From the NCBI GenBank assembly GCA_963733195.1, contig CAVTCR010000059.1:32001-96000 (forward strand): a DNA stretch of 64,000 nt, read 5' to 3'. Each line of letters begins with the position of its first letter. Positions within the stretch are counted from its first letter, which is position 1. The notes below the pieces were generated by a model. The model made no database searches and was not told the DNA's origin. It saw only the letters and a list, made by a program, of their open reading frames with translations. Below, piece after piece: positions 1 through 9,862 of this stretch. Both the position numbers and the translations under genes were made by a program. The DNA comes from an uncultured delta proteobacterium. Its GTDB lineage: Bacteria > Desulfobacterota > Binatia > Bin18.

Positions 1-587
1 ACTATGGTCGCATGCTCCTGGTAGGTGCTGATGCTCTCAGTACGATGGTGAACTGGGAGGACCGTGGTACCTGCGTGTTATTTGGCGATGGTGCGGGAGC
101 TATTGTGTTGGACGTCCAACCTGGTAACCGTGGGTTACTTAGTACAGTCATTGAGTCAAACGGTGCGTTATGGGAGCTGTTGTACGTTCGCTCTGGTCAT
201 CGTCAGGCTTTCGACCAAGAAGGAGCGCACCCCAAAGAATGGGGCATTCAGATGAAAGGGCCAGAGTTGTTCAAGGTTGCCGTGCGTTCGTTATCTGATG
301 TCGCAAGTAAAGCGCTTGAGCGTGCCGGGCTGGCGGCGACCGATATGCATCTGATGATTCCGCATCAAGCCAATCTGCGCATTATTAAAGCTGTAGCTGA
401 TCGTATGGGTGTAGGCATGGACAAGGTGTATTGCAATGTCCAGCGCTTCGGTAACACCTCTGCTGCATCGATTCCTATCGCACTCGACGAAGCGGTACGC
501 CAAGGCAAGATCCGCGACAATGACATTGTCGTCCTTAATGCCTGCGGTGGTGGATTGACGTGGGGAGCATCGGTTGTACGGTGGTAA
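1..587 (+). CDS. fabH: 3-oxoacyl-ACP synthase III (5' truncated by window edge)
   Basis: Motifs LFGDGAGA, PHQANLRII, FGNTSAASIP, GGGLTWG. Confidence 0.93.
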   Translation, partial: YGRMLLVGADALSTMVNWEDRGTCVLFGDGAGAIVLDVQPGNRGLLSTVIESNGALWELLYVRSGHRQAFDQEGAHPKEWGIQMKGPELFKVAVRSLSDVASKALERAGLAATDMHLMIPHQANLRIIKAVADRMGVGMDKVYCNVQRFGNTSAASIPIALDEAVRQGKIRDNDIVVLNACGGGLTWGASVVRW

Positions 588-590
588 AAC

Positions 591-1632
591 GTGCCACCAA
601 CGGATTCTGCGCTGACCCCTGCTATTGCTACTCTCTTACAGAAACGCTTGTTGTTCTTCGTTGGAAAAGGCGGAGTCGGAAAGACTACCGTTGCCGTCAG
701 TACTGCGCTTGCGTTTGCGCGTCACGGAAAGAAAACTCTTCTTATTGAGTTTGATGAGAATACACGCGCAGCGCGGCTGCTTGGCTTTCCTTCGCTAGAG
801 CACGATCATCGAGAGCCACGTTCGTTTTCTCTATCACTTTCAGTGCTTTCGACTGGTGGCGCTGTCGCTCTGGAAGAATACTTGCGGTTGATTATCCCGG
901 TCAAACCGCTCCTGCGGGCCATCGTCGAGAGTCGTGCGTATCAGTATTTTGTTGCAGCCGCCCCAGGACTCAAGGAATTATTAACCATGGGGAAAGTCTG
1001 GTACGAAGAGCGCAAGCGTGATCCGCAGACGCAACAACCACTGTGGGACATCCTCTTGGTAGACCTACCTGCCACTGGGCACAGCCTGCAGTATTTGCAA
1101 ATGCCGCATGCCGCTCATGAAGCATTCGGCGGTATCGTCGGCTATGAGGCTGACCGCATCTTGTCGCTCCTTCGTGACACAGAAAAAACCGCGATCAATT
1201 TTGTCACGACAGCGGATGAGTTAGCCGTCAGCGAAACTCAAGATGCCTATCAACAAGTTGCACAAGAATTACACTTGCCAAGTGGAGTGTTGTTCATTAA
1301 TCGCCTTCATCACGCCCCGCTTTCGACACAGGGTATTGATGTCCTGAAGGCGTGCGTCGTCTGCCTCGCCATCCGAGCGACGTGTTGTCGAGCAAATCCT
1401 GAAGTGTGGCCAGGAGGAAGCGGCATTAGCGGAAGCACAGGCTGTTCGGTTACAGCCGTTGGTAACTCTCCCACTTCCTACGATACGACTACCATTTTCT
1501 CCTGTCGCAGAGTTCGATGTCACAACTGTCGAGCAGCTTTCTCACGTGGTGATCCCGTTGCCTACTGAGACAACAGCGGACTCTCCCGACAAAAGAAAGA
1601 AAACTAAATCTGTTTCGTTACGGCGTTCATGA
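591..1632 (+). CDS. ArsA/Get3-related P-loop ATPase, subunit 1 (frameshift near 1350)
   Basis: GKGGVGKTT, APGLKEL, VDLPATGH. An alternative frame continues ...QPLVTLPLPTIRLPF... to TGA at 1630-1632, overlapping the next ATG (ATGA). Confidence 0.8.
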
Positions 1633-2834
1633 GAGAGAAAAAACAGCAAACTGACCTGGCTTCTGTGATTGCTGCCCATCGTGTGGTGGTCTGTGTTGGC
1701 AGTGGTGGTGTCGGTAAAACGACAACTGCGGCGTCACTGGCTCTCTGGGGAGCACTCTCCGGGCGGCAGACGGCTGTGGTCACCATCGACCCAACGAAAC
1801 GTCTGGCCGACTGTTTTGGCATTGATCCAACTAACGCCCAGGGGAAACCTGTGCCACTCGAGATGTTTCAGGCCTACGGTTTGACCCCGCGAGGTACGTT
1901 AACCGCACTGCTTATCGATCAACCAAGTGCGTGGGATGCCGCTATTAGCCGCTACGCGCCAACTGCAGAAGTTCGCGATCGTATTCTGGCCAATCGATTT
2001 TATCAGGGACTGTCGCGCACGTTCGCAGGCTCACATGAATACATCGCGCTCGACACGCTGGCGTCACTCGTTCAGCAAGGCACGTACGACCTGATTGTGG
2101 TTGATACTCCTCCGGTCCGCCAAGCCTTAGATTTCCTTGAAGCCCCACAGCGGTTGCAGCGATTCCTCGACAGCCGTGCTCGCAAATGGTTTCTTCGTCC
2201 CACTGGTGGTTGGAATATTTTCTCGGCAATGAACAAAACCACTGCCTTTCTTTTACGAAAAATTGAGGAAGCCACAGGCATTTCTGCTTTGGCTGAGATT
2301 TCAGACTTTTTTACTACTATGCAGGGGATGTTTGATGATTTCGGCGAGCGTTTTCAGCGCGTCAGTTCTCTACTTGCGAGCGAGGAAACCGCATTCGTCC
2401 TTGTTTCTACACTTGAGCAAGAAGTGTTGACTGAGGCGACGCAATTTTTGACCGGCTTAGACCGCCTAAAAATTGCTCTAAAGGCGGTGATCTTTAACCG
2501 CACCCATGAGGAACCATCTACGCGGATCTCTGAAGAAAAAGTTGAAGCCTCGCTCATTAAGCAACTGTCCCGTACCGTCCAGCCTTCCCTGGCGAACTCT
2601 GCTTATAGCGAGTGGCTGGTGAAGAACTTTCTTGCTCATCAAACTCTAGCTACTGGAGAAGCTATCCGTTTTTCTCAGTTCGTTAATAACCTGTCACCCG
2701 CAACACCAGTTGTTCGTGTTCCGGTGTTGCCTGCGTTTCCCGGGGACTTTGGCGGGTTGATCAGTCTTTGCTCGTATTTATTCCCGGCAGCGAGAAGATC
2801 ACAACCCCACCGCAAGAGCAGGAGCAAAGAGTAG
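1629..2834 (+). CDS. ArsA-family ATPase, subunit 2
   Basis: GSGGVGKTT, TIDPTKRLA, VDTPP..ALDFLEAP. Confidence 0.85.
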   Translation: MREKKQQTDLASVIAAHRVVVCVGSGGVGKTTTAASLALWGALSGRQTAVVTIDPTKRLADCFGIDPTNAQGKPVPLEMFQAYGLTPRGTLTALLIDQPSAWDAAISRYAPTAEVRDRILANRFYQGLSRTFAGSHEYIALDTLASLVQQGTYDLIVVDTPPVRQALDFLEAPQRLQRFLDSRARKWFLRPTGGWNIFSAMNKTTAFLLRKIEEATGISALAEISDFFTTMQGMFDDFGERFQRVSSLLASEETAFVLVSTLEQEVLTEATQFLTGLDRLKIALKAVIFNRTHEEPSTRISEEKVEASLIKQLSRTVQPSLANSAYSEWLVKNFLAHQTLATGEAIRFSQFVNNLSPATPVVRVPVLPAFPGDFGGLISLCSYLFPAARRSQPHRKSRSKE

Positions 2835-2914
2835 TACTTCATCAGCCTTTCTGACTCTGCCGACTAAAAAATAGTTCCTGATAGTGGCAGCGATGTGTTG
2901 GCTGGAGCTTATGA

Positions 2915-3767
2915 TCATTCTTCACTAAAAAATGTGAGTAGCTGTTCAGTGAGATACTCTGGTTGTTCCTCCGAAATCCAGTGGCCGCATTTATCAATCT
3001 CACCACCACGAACATTTTCCGCCAAGGTTTGCATGGTCGTGAGCGTACGTTTGCCGAAAGCTATACTTGCCGCCGAGCGCGAGCACGGGCATCTTTAATT
3101 TTGTCTTTGCGTTCTCGGTATTGTGTTCAACATCAGTCCAAAGCGCACGGTAGTATTCAAATCCCGCTCGCATTCCACCCGGAGCTGCATAACAGCGAAC
3201 GTATTCATCAATGTCTTCTTCTTCGATAGCCGTAGGATTATAGGCTGTACGATAAAACCAGGTGAGGTATTCACGCTCTTTTCCTGCGACCAGGATTTCA
3301 GGTAAGTCGCGAACGCCATGAAACGACATGTGCCATAGGCCACCGCGCGGAGACGCTTGTGGGATTTTTTCCAAGCCTGCACCAGGAATTGGTACGTCGA
3401 GGATAACGAGGCGGCGGACATCGTCAGGGTGCGCGGCTGCATAGGCATAGGCAACTGGGCCGCCCCAATCATGCCCGACCAGAAAGATGCGTTGAAAACC
3501 AAGCTTCTGCACAAGTTGGTAGATGTCCGCAGCGATCGTGCGTTTATCGTAGCCGGTAGCGGGTTTCGATGAATCTCCAAGACCCCTCATATCAGGCGCG
3601 ATGACGGTGTAGCGTTCTGCTAGCGTAGGGATAATTTTTCTCCATTGATACCACGTCTCTGGCCAGCCATGGAGCAGAACGACCGGATCACCTTGACCAG
3701 CAGTGACGTAGTGCAAGCGGACATCATTGACGAAGGTGGTGTGATGAGTGACGAATGGAGCAGTCAT
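2915..3767 (-). CDS. Alpha/beta hydrolase, epoxide hydrolase/haloacetate dehalogenase-like (frameshift near 3055)
   Basis: LLHGWPE, DMRGLG, GHDWGG. C-terminus CGHWISEEQP lies in another frame and ends at 2915. Confidence 0.88.
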
Positions 3768-3977
3768 GTGTGCTTCTCCTTCTCTCCGGCTACGAAAGCA
3801 GAGCAAAGCTCCTTTCGTCAAGCGCCCGGTGGTGGCAAGGGCCGTGTCTGACTGTTATCGTTTTTATCGTCCGTGATAATGTGAAAGAGCATACTAACAT
3901 CCAGGCTATGGACAGTAAGGGGGGAACCGTGGCAAGAGCCGCTACTCGGGAAAGCTCACACTCACAAAGCTATACTA

Positions 3978-4962
3978 GACATTATGCGGAATAACTTTCG
4001 CTCATGTTCGCAGCCGCCGTTTGCGATAACGTACGCGGAGATTGTGTAACCCACAGGCGACAACCATTACTAAATCTGACAGGTCCGTTTTGGTATTGCG
4101 CAAGACGTCCTTCACGATCCGGGAGCGTTTCACGCCAAGCCAAAGCATGCTCCACGCGAACCCGGACACGGGACAGTTTTTGCGGTTGTGGCGCTTTTGC
4201 CACGGGTTAACGCGCCCTTGCGCGGCTTTTTTTCGGCTGGTGGGTCTGCTGCACTTTGGGGGCGTACCCCTGAAAGCCGGTGTCCTGATACAGGATTGTT
4301 CCCCGTGGATAGCGAAGCGGTTCGGTATCGACGATCTTTTTGTCATGCATTGTCCCGGCATACGTCTGACTCAAATAGCCCACGCGCTTGGTCTTGGCAT
4401 TGACCACCACGATGTTCTTGTCACTATGCGTTTTCTGCTTGCCGCTGTAGTGCAAGGCCTGTTGGGCCGGGTTTTTCAGGACGCTGCCGCCGCCGATCGG
4501 TCCCGTCAATAATCAGCTTCGCCCGCTTCCTGGTGGCGGCGTTCATAGCGTGCAAACTTGTCAGGCTCCCGAGTCGGCAAGACGTCCAACTCGTCCAACG
4601 CTTGCTTCAGAATCGGCAGCAACCGCTGGAGCCACCGGTTCACGCGTGACTGGCTCAGTCCAAAAATCTCGGCCAGCACCACCTGCAGAGGATAGGTCTT
4701 CTGATACACCAAGCTAAACAGCAGTTTCTGCTCCGTCGTCCTCAGCTGCCCTTTGCGACCACCTCCCGCCTGTCGCTTGCGGATACTGCCGTCCGCCGTT
4801 TTGTCCTCCGGGTACACGGTCGCATAGGCGGTGCGAAACGCCTGATGCAACACGACAAACTCTTTGCGTGTCAGCCCCGTCAACGCCAACAATCGTCGTC
4901 GGTCTTTTTTCAGTCGGTTATATTCAAGCACCCACCCATTGTAGCTTATTTCGCATAATGTC
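3978..4962 (-). mobile_element. Insertion sequence, IS5 family ISL2-like (HTH + DDE transposase, frameshifted)
   Basis: Terminal inverted repeats TAGACATTATGCGGAATAA (3976-3994) and TTATTTCGCATAATGTCTA (4946-4964), 18/19 match including a TA duplication. ORF pieces contain GGGRKG, HYSGKQKTH, QDTGFQG, RVRVEHA. Confidence 0.9.
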
Positions 4963-4964
4963 TA

Positions 4965-5099
4965 CTCAGCCAAATTGAGACTTTTCGTAAAATCGTCCTA
5001 AATCCACTCAGTCATGCAACGCCAACAACAGTGACTCGTATGGAGATTCAAGGGGCAATTGATGCGGTGGAGGCGTTAAAGCTCTGGGCATCCCGCTGA
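4965..5099 (+). pseudogene. C-terminal remnant with HEPN-like RKIVLNPLSH motif, interrupted by the IS
   Basis: Frame LSQIETFRKIVLNPLSHATPTTVTRMEIQGAIDAVEALKLWASR* joins the left flank in frame when the IS and one TA are removed. Confidence 0.5.
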
Positions 5100-5197
5100 G
5101 TTTGTAACGGTGTCTTTTGAGATCATCAGCGAGATTACCGACATTGAGCCAATAGCCATTGGGAATTCTATTTGTGACCATTCTTGGTTAAGATATC

Positions 5198-5649
5198 CTA
5201 GATACGCCACTTTTGCCGCAACCCAACTCCCAAGGTCCGCAGGAAGTCAACGGGCCGCACTATTGGAATACCTTGATAAGATTTGAGGTCACGCAAATGA
5301 CGATCACCAGACACGATCACATCGGCCTTTCCCTCAACCGCACACTCCAAGATGCGATTGTCATCTGGGTCGTTACTGATGACATCGAGCGAGGTGCGAG
5401 GAACGATGATCTCTCCTATCTTGCTCAGCAGCTTTAAGCGTGTTGGTAATGCGGCGCTCGTCCCACTGAAACGTCACGTAACGCCTTTCCTACTTCGGAA
5501 ATAATGGCGGGAAGAGACAAGAAGTTGGTAACGGCGATCCCTGCCGCCCGCCATAGGGGAGCGACACGCCCATGTGGGTGCGTCAGTGCCGAAACGAGAA
5601 CGTTCGTATCAAGAACGGCTCTGATTTCGCCTCCGTGCGCGGTGCTCAT
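5198..5649 (-). CDS. PIN-domain toxin (VapC-like), frameshifted
   Basis: N-terminus AVLDTNVLVSAL. C-terminus DPDDNRILECAVEGKADVIVSGDRHL...IPIVRPVDFL in another frame. Confidence 0.85.
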
Positions 5650-5971
5650 GAATAATCCGGTCTATATCTTTCTCTTTAATGCCAAGCTTTTTAGACTGAG
5701 CTTCCGCGTAGCGGTTTAACTCCTCTTCTTCTCTGTCCATCTCTTCTTGAGTCATAGGACGAAGGCGCTCTTCCTCTTTTGCTTCTCGGATGAGACGCAT
5801 CGCCCATGCCTCGTCGTATTGCTCTTCTTGCTTACGGTAGCGCTCATAAACGCGCACCATTTCGCGAAAGAGTTCGCTTTTCGTGCGGCGCTCTGCCTTC
5901 GCGATACGCGCGACCTGGCGGGCAATAATAGGAGGAACGGAAAAGCCAATGGTTTCTGTAATTCTTGCCAT
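5609..5971 (-). CDS. Ribbon-helix-helix (CopG-like) antitoxin
   Basis: TIGFSVPP...AKAERRTKSELFREMV. Overlaps the PIN gene start. Confidence 0.8.
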   Translation of the reverse strand: MARITETIGFSVPPIIARQVARIAKAERRTKSELFREMVRVYERYRKQEEQYDEAWAMRLIREAKEEERLRPMTQEEMDREEEELNRYAEAQSKKLGIKEKDIDRIIHEHRARRRNQSRS

Positions 5972-5974
5972 ATG

Positions 5975-6027
5975 TTTCCAGTTCAACTTAGCTAAATTCA
6001 TTGTAGGGAACTGGAAAAAAACGTCAA
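5975..6027 (-). promoter_or_regulatory. Sigma70-like promoter with overlapping inverted-repeat operator for the TA operon
   Basis: Minus strand TTGACG (6027-6022), 16 nt, TACAAT (6005-6000). Inverted repeat TTTCCAGTTC (5975-5984) / GAACTGGAAA (6008-6017). Confidence 0.65.
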
Positions 6028-6061
6028 GAAAAGAAAATCTTTAGGAAGTTCTATCCGCATT

Positions 6062-6089
6062 GTAGAGACGTAACTTGCTACGTCTCTAC
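6062..6089. repeat. GTAG-type REP palindrome
   Basis: GTAGAGACGTA-ACTTGC-TACGTCTCTAC, perfect 11-bp stem. Confidence 0.7.
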
Positions 6090-6189
6090 GGATTTTTCAT
6101 TGCCAAGGATGCATCGCAGGTGAATGAACATTCTCGCGAAAGCGGGAATCCAGTTTTGCTCAACGTAATTAGAATTTGCCCTCATTTGG

Positions 6190-7796
6190 TCACTGACTGC
6201 TGATCGCTGATTCCCGTAACGCCAACACACTTCCTTCTCCATCTCCGGCAATGTAAATCGTGCCATCTGATCCGACCGCGAGTCCGCCGGAGAAATCCAT
6301 TGGGCCGCGTGAACAGCCAGGTGGATCGCCAACCGGTAAGATGATGCGCAATCACCTGCGCTTTTTTGATGCCAGATCAACCGCGCTGAAGTTCTTTGCT
6401 CCCTCGATCAAGAACCAACAGCGAACCCTGTCGCAGAGCAAGTCCTTTAGGTTTATCTAGACCATCAATCACTGAAGAAGTTTTCCCTGCACTATCGACT
6501 CGCGTTACTCGCCCATTTCCTTCTTCGCTAACGAAAACTGTTCCGTCATCTGCCGCAACCACTTCACCTGGTTGTGCAAGCCCTTCTGCAATGTCCGATA
6601 CCTGTCCAGCCGGGTCAACGCGTAGCAACTTGCTCGGTTCCAGCCTCTGCTACGATAACCGCTCCATCTGTCAGACGAGCAAGACCATACGGGTTCTTCA
6701 GTTTACGAGCGAGCATATTGAATGGTCGTCCGTCCGGAAAATACTGCACGACATCACCCGCAATGGTTGTGAGCCATAATTCACCAGGTGCACCAGCAGC
6801 AAGGCTCCGCACGAATCCTGGGAAACTGTTGTCCAATAAGCCACCAAGTCGACCAATGGTTTTATCAGGGGAAAGGACAGCCAAACTCAGGCCATCGTTG
6901 AGATACAATTGTCCGCTAGCGCCGCAGGCGATTCCCCAGGGACCGACAAGCCCTGGCGGTACGAGTGTCCGCTCAGTATTGCTTCCGTCGGTAGCGACTT
7001 CTGCAACACCACCATCAACAAAGTGTGAGATAAACATGCGATTGTCTGGATGAAAAGCAAAGTTATCGATTCCCGGTCGGACTTTAGCAATGACGGTTTT
7101 TGTCCCGCTTTGCACGTCAATACGTACCACCTCACCATTACCAGCTTGTGGCACGATCAATTCACCTTTGCGATTAAACTTCACTGCCGGTGGCGATTTG
7201 AGGCCATCGACAACTTTCTCACGTGCTCCGGTTTCGATATCGACACGCCATACTTCACCTTGTGGAACCAACGGAAAATACAACTTCCCATCAGGTCCAA
7301 CCATCAACGCATTTGGCCCACGCAGATCGTCAGCGATTAACCGCGGTGCTTGACCGGAATGTGGATACAGTTCAAAGATACGACCACCACGACGAAACTC
7401 GTCGATAAAGACCCGATCGTTGTGGATCGTGATACCATTCGCACCCGGCAAGTCATCGTTGACGATGCGAGTCTTTCCATCTGGTGTACGCGCACATACA
7501 CGCGCACTCATCACTTCGGTTACGTACATCGTGCCGTATGAGTCGAATGCGACATCGTCTGGCGCGACGATTGGTCCACCAACAGGTGAAATCACTTCGA
7601 GTGCGCCACTCTTGATATTCACTGCGGTGATCTGACTACCAAAAGCTTGCGTCACATAGAGACGACCGTCTGGGCCGAATTGCATGCCGTTCGCTCCATA
7701 TAGCCCACTTGCAGGTAATAATCGTGTAATCTGCCAGCCTGGTGCAGTCTGTGGTTCACGAGCATCAGAACCACGTAACATTTGGTATCTATTCAT
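6190..7796 (-). CDS. SMP-30/gluconolactonase/NHL-repeat beta-propeller protein (frameshifts near 6630 and 6380-6340)
   Basis: Repeated blades ANGMQFGPDGRLYV, PDDVAFDSYGTMYV, PNALMVGPDGKLY. C-terminus GGLAVGSDGTIYIAGDGEGSVLAL. Confidence 0.8.
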
Positions 7797-7856
7797 AATT
7801 TTCCTCCTTGGGACAATATCACTCACCGAAAGCTGGCGCTGTCAATATTCCGACAG

Positions 7857-9285
7857 CTAGTGATTTCCCTTCTCTATCGCTTTGTGTAAGTGGTCCTCCA
7901 ACACTCGTGCCACACAACAGGTGAGTCTTTTCCCAGTTGCGATATCGAGAAACTCGTTCGGTCCATGTGCGTTTGACCGAGGACCAAGGACTCCGGTAAT
8001 CACAAACTGCGCACGAGGGAATTTCTCACCCAGCATTGCCATGAACGGGATCGTTCCCCCCTCACCCCAATAGCATGCTTCTTTACCGAAATAATCAAGC
8101 GATGCTTGCTTGAGCGATTTCTCTAGCCACGGCTCAAGCGGTGGCGCATTCCAACCAAACGCGCATTGTTCGGCTGACAAACGTTACTTTCGCGCCATAC
8201 GGTGGATCTTTCTCAAAAAGCTGCTTGAGAAAGGTTGTTGCAGCGTTGGCATCAGCAGTTGGTGGAAGACGGAGCGAGATTTTTGCTGCCGTGACTGGCC
8301 GCAGGACATTGCCAGACTTATCAAGTGGCGGAAGTCCGGCTGCGCCGGTAATGCCCAATTGCGGACGCCAGGTGCGATTCAGTAAAAGTTCTTTGATGTC
8401 GTTCACAACTGGTTTTGCCCCTGACTGAAATGGATACTCACTGTACACGCTTGCCCCTAACACTTGTGCTGCTGCGTCCGCTTGCTGCAAACGCTCCTCA
8501 GGAACTGAGACATACAACTCCTTAGGCAAAATCTCACCTGTTTGTTCGTTTTCTAAACGACTCAGCAATTGGCGGAGGATGCGAAACGTTGAAGGCACTA
8601 TCCCACTGGCTGCACCAGAGTGCACACCTTCAGTAAGTGTGGAGGCAGTAAGATTGCCATTGGCCAACCCACGCAACGAGGTCGTGATCCACAATTGCTC
8701 ATAATTGCCACACCCAGAATCAAGGCAGATGACCAAACTCGGAGTGCCAATGCGATCTTTGAGCGCTTCAACATAATGTGGTAGATCGAAACTTCCGCTC
8801 TCTTCGCAAGCTTCGATGAGAATTACGCAGCGTGCGTGTGGAATGTCTTGCTGCTTCAGAGCCTGGATCGCGGTCAGTGAGGCAAAAGCTGAATAGCCGT
8901 CGTCTGCACCTCCACGTCCATACAAGCGGCCATCTTTGATAACTGGCTTCCACGGTCCCAGTCCCTCGTTCCAGCCTTCCATCGGCGGTTGTTTATCAAG
9001 ATGACCATAAAGCAGAACGGTTTCTTTCGAGTCACCTGGAATCTCGACAAAGATGAGCGGTGTGCGTTTTTCCAGGCGAATAATGTCGAGCACGAGCCCA
9101 GGAATCTTTTGCATTCGAATCCAATTGGCAATCAGGTCAGTAGCCTGGTCCATATAACCGTTTGTGTTCCAGTTGGGATCGTAGGCAGGAGATTGGTTGG
9201 GAATAGCGAGGTACTCCTGTAGAGCTGGGACGATGCTGTTGTTCCATTGCTCTTCGACGTAGTGACGAGTTTTTTTGATATCCAT
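7857..9285 (-). CDS. M20/M25/M40 family metallopeptidase (frameshift near 8170)
   Basis: YGHLDKQP, GRGGADDG, EACEESGS, NAHGPNE. Confidence 0.9.
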
Positions 9286-9417
9286 AGAAGTGCATTCTCC
9301 TTCATCGTCGTCTTGCAGACCAGAATGGGTTGCTATTGTACCCTCTTGACGACAAGATTGTCAGATGAATAGTGATCAAAGAGGACTACGAAACTCATTT
9401 CGTTTGTGGAGGTGTTT

Positions 9418-9771
9418 ATGGAACGACTTCTCGTCTATCACAACCCCGGCTGAGGGCAGTCACGTGGAGCGCTCGATATACTAAAGGAGCGCGGCGTCGA
9501 GTTCGACGTTATCGAATATCTCAAGAACCCACTGGACCGAGCGACATTTGAACGAATTATGGATATGTTGCCCAATCCGCCGGCGGACCTGGTTCGCAAG
9601 GATAAAAACTTTGAGTCCCTTGGCCTTGATGCGAAGAAGTATGAGACGCGCGAGGCAGTGATCGATTTATTGTTACAGCACCCAGTGCTAATGCAACGAC
9701 CGATCATCATTCGCGGGCAGAAGGCAGTACTTGCCCGACCGTCGGAGAAGGTATTGGAACTGCTGGCCTAG
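9418..9771 (+). CDS. arsC: Arsenate reductase ArsC/Spx family, probable selenoprotein (UGA at codon 12)
   Basis: GGAGG RBS then ATG 9418: MERLLVYHNPG-UGA-GQSRGALDILKERGVEFDVIEYLKNP...LMQRPII...LARP, in frame with the ORF at 9559-9771. Confidence 0.85.
9462..9497 (+). other. Candidate bacterial SECIS hairpin
   Basis: Stem GCGCTC (9469-9474) / GAGCGC (9487-9492), loop starting with G, beginning 15 nt after the UGA at 9451-9453. Confidence 0.55.
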
Positions 9772-9862
9772 AAAGTTGTCAGGTGCCAGGGCTCAGGTGT
9801 CGATGCGGAAAAGGCTGTAGGCTACAGGGGAGTTCACAATGTGAATTTCCAGCTTTTTCCCA

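Noticed and set aside
591-9771. Arsenic resistance operon (ArsA pair plus ArsC)
   Set aside because: The genes are over 6 kb apart, there is no arsR/arsB/acr3, and the ATPases look like the non-pump paired type.
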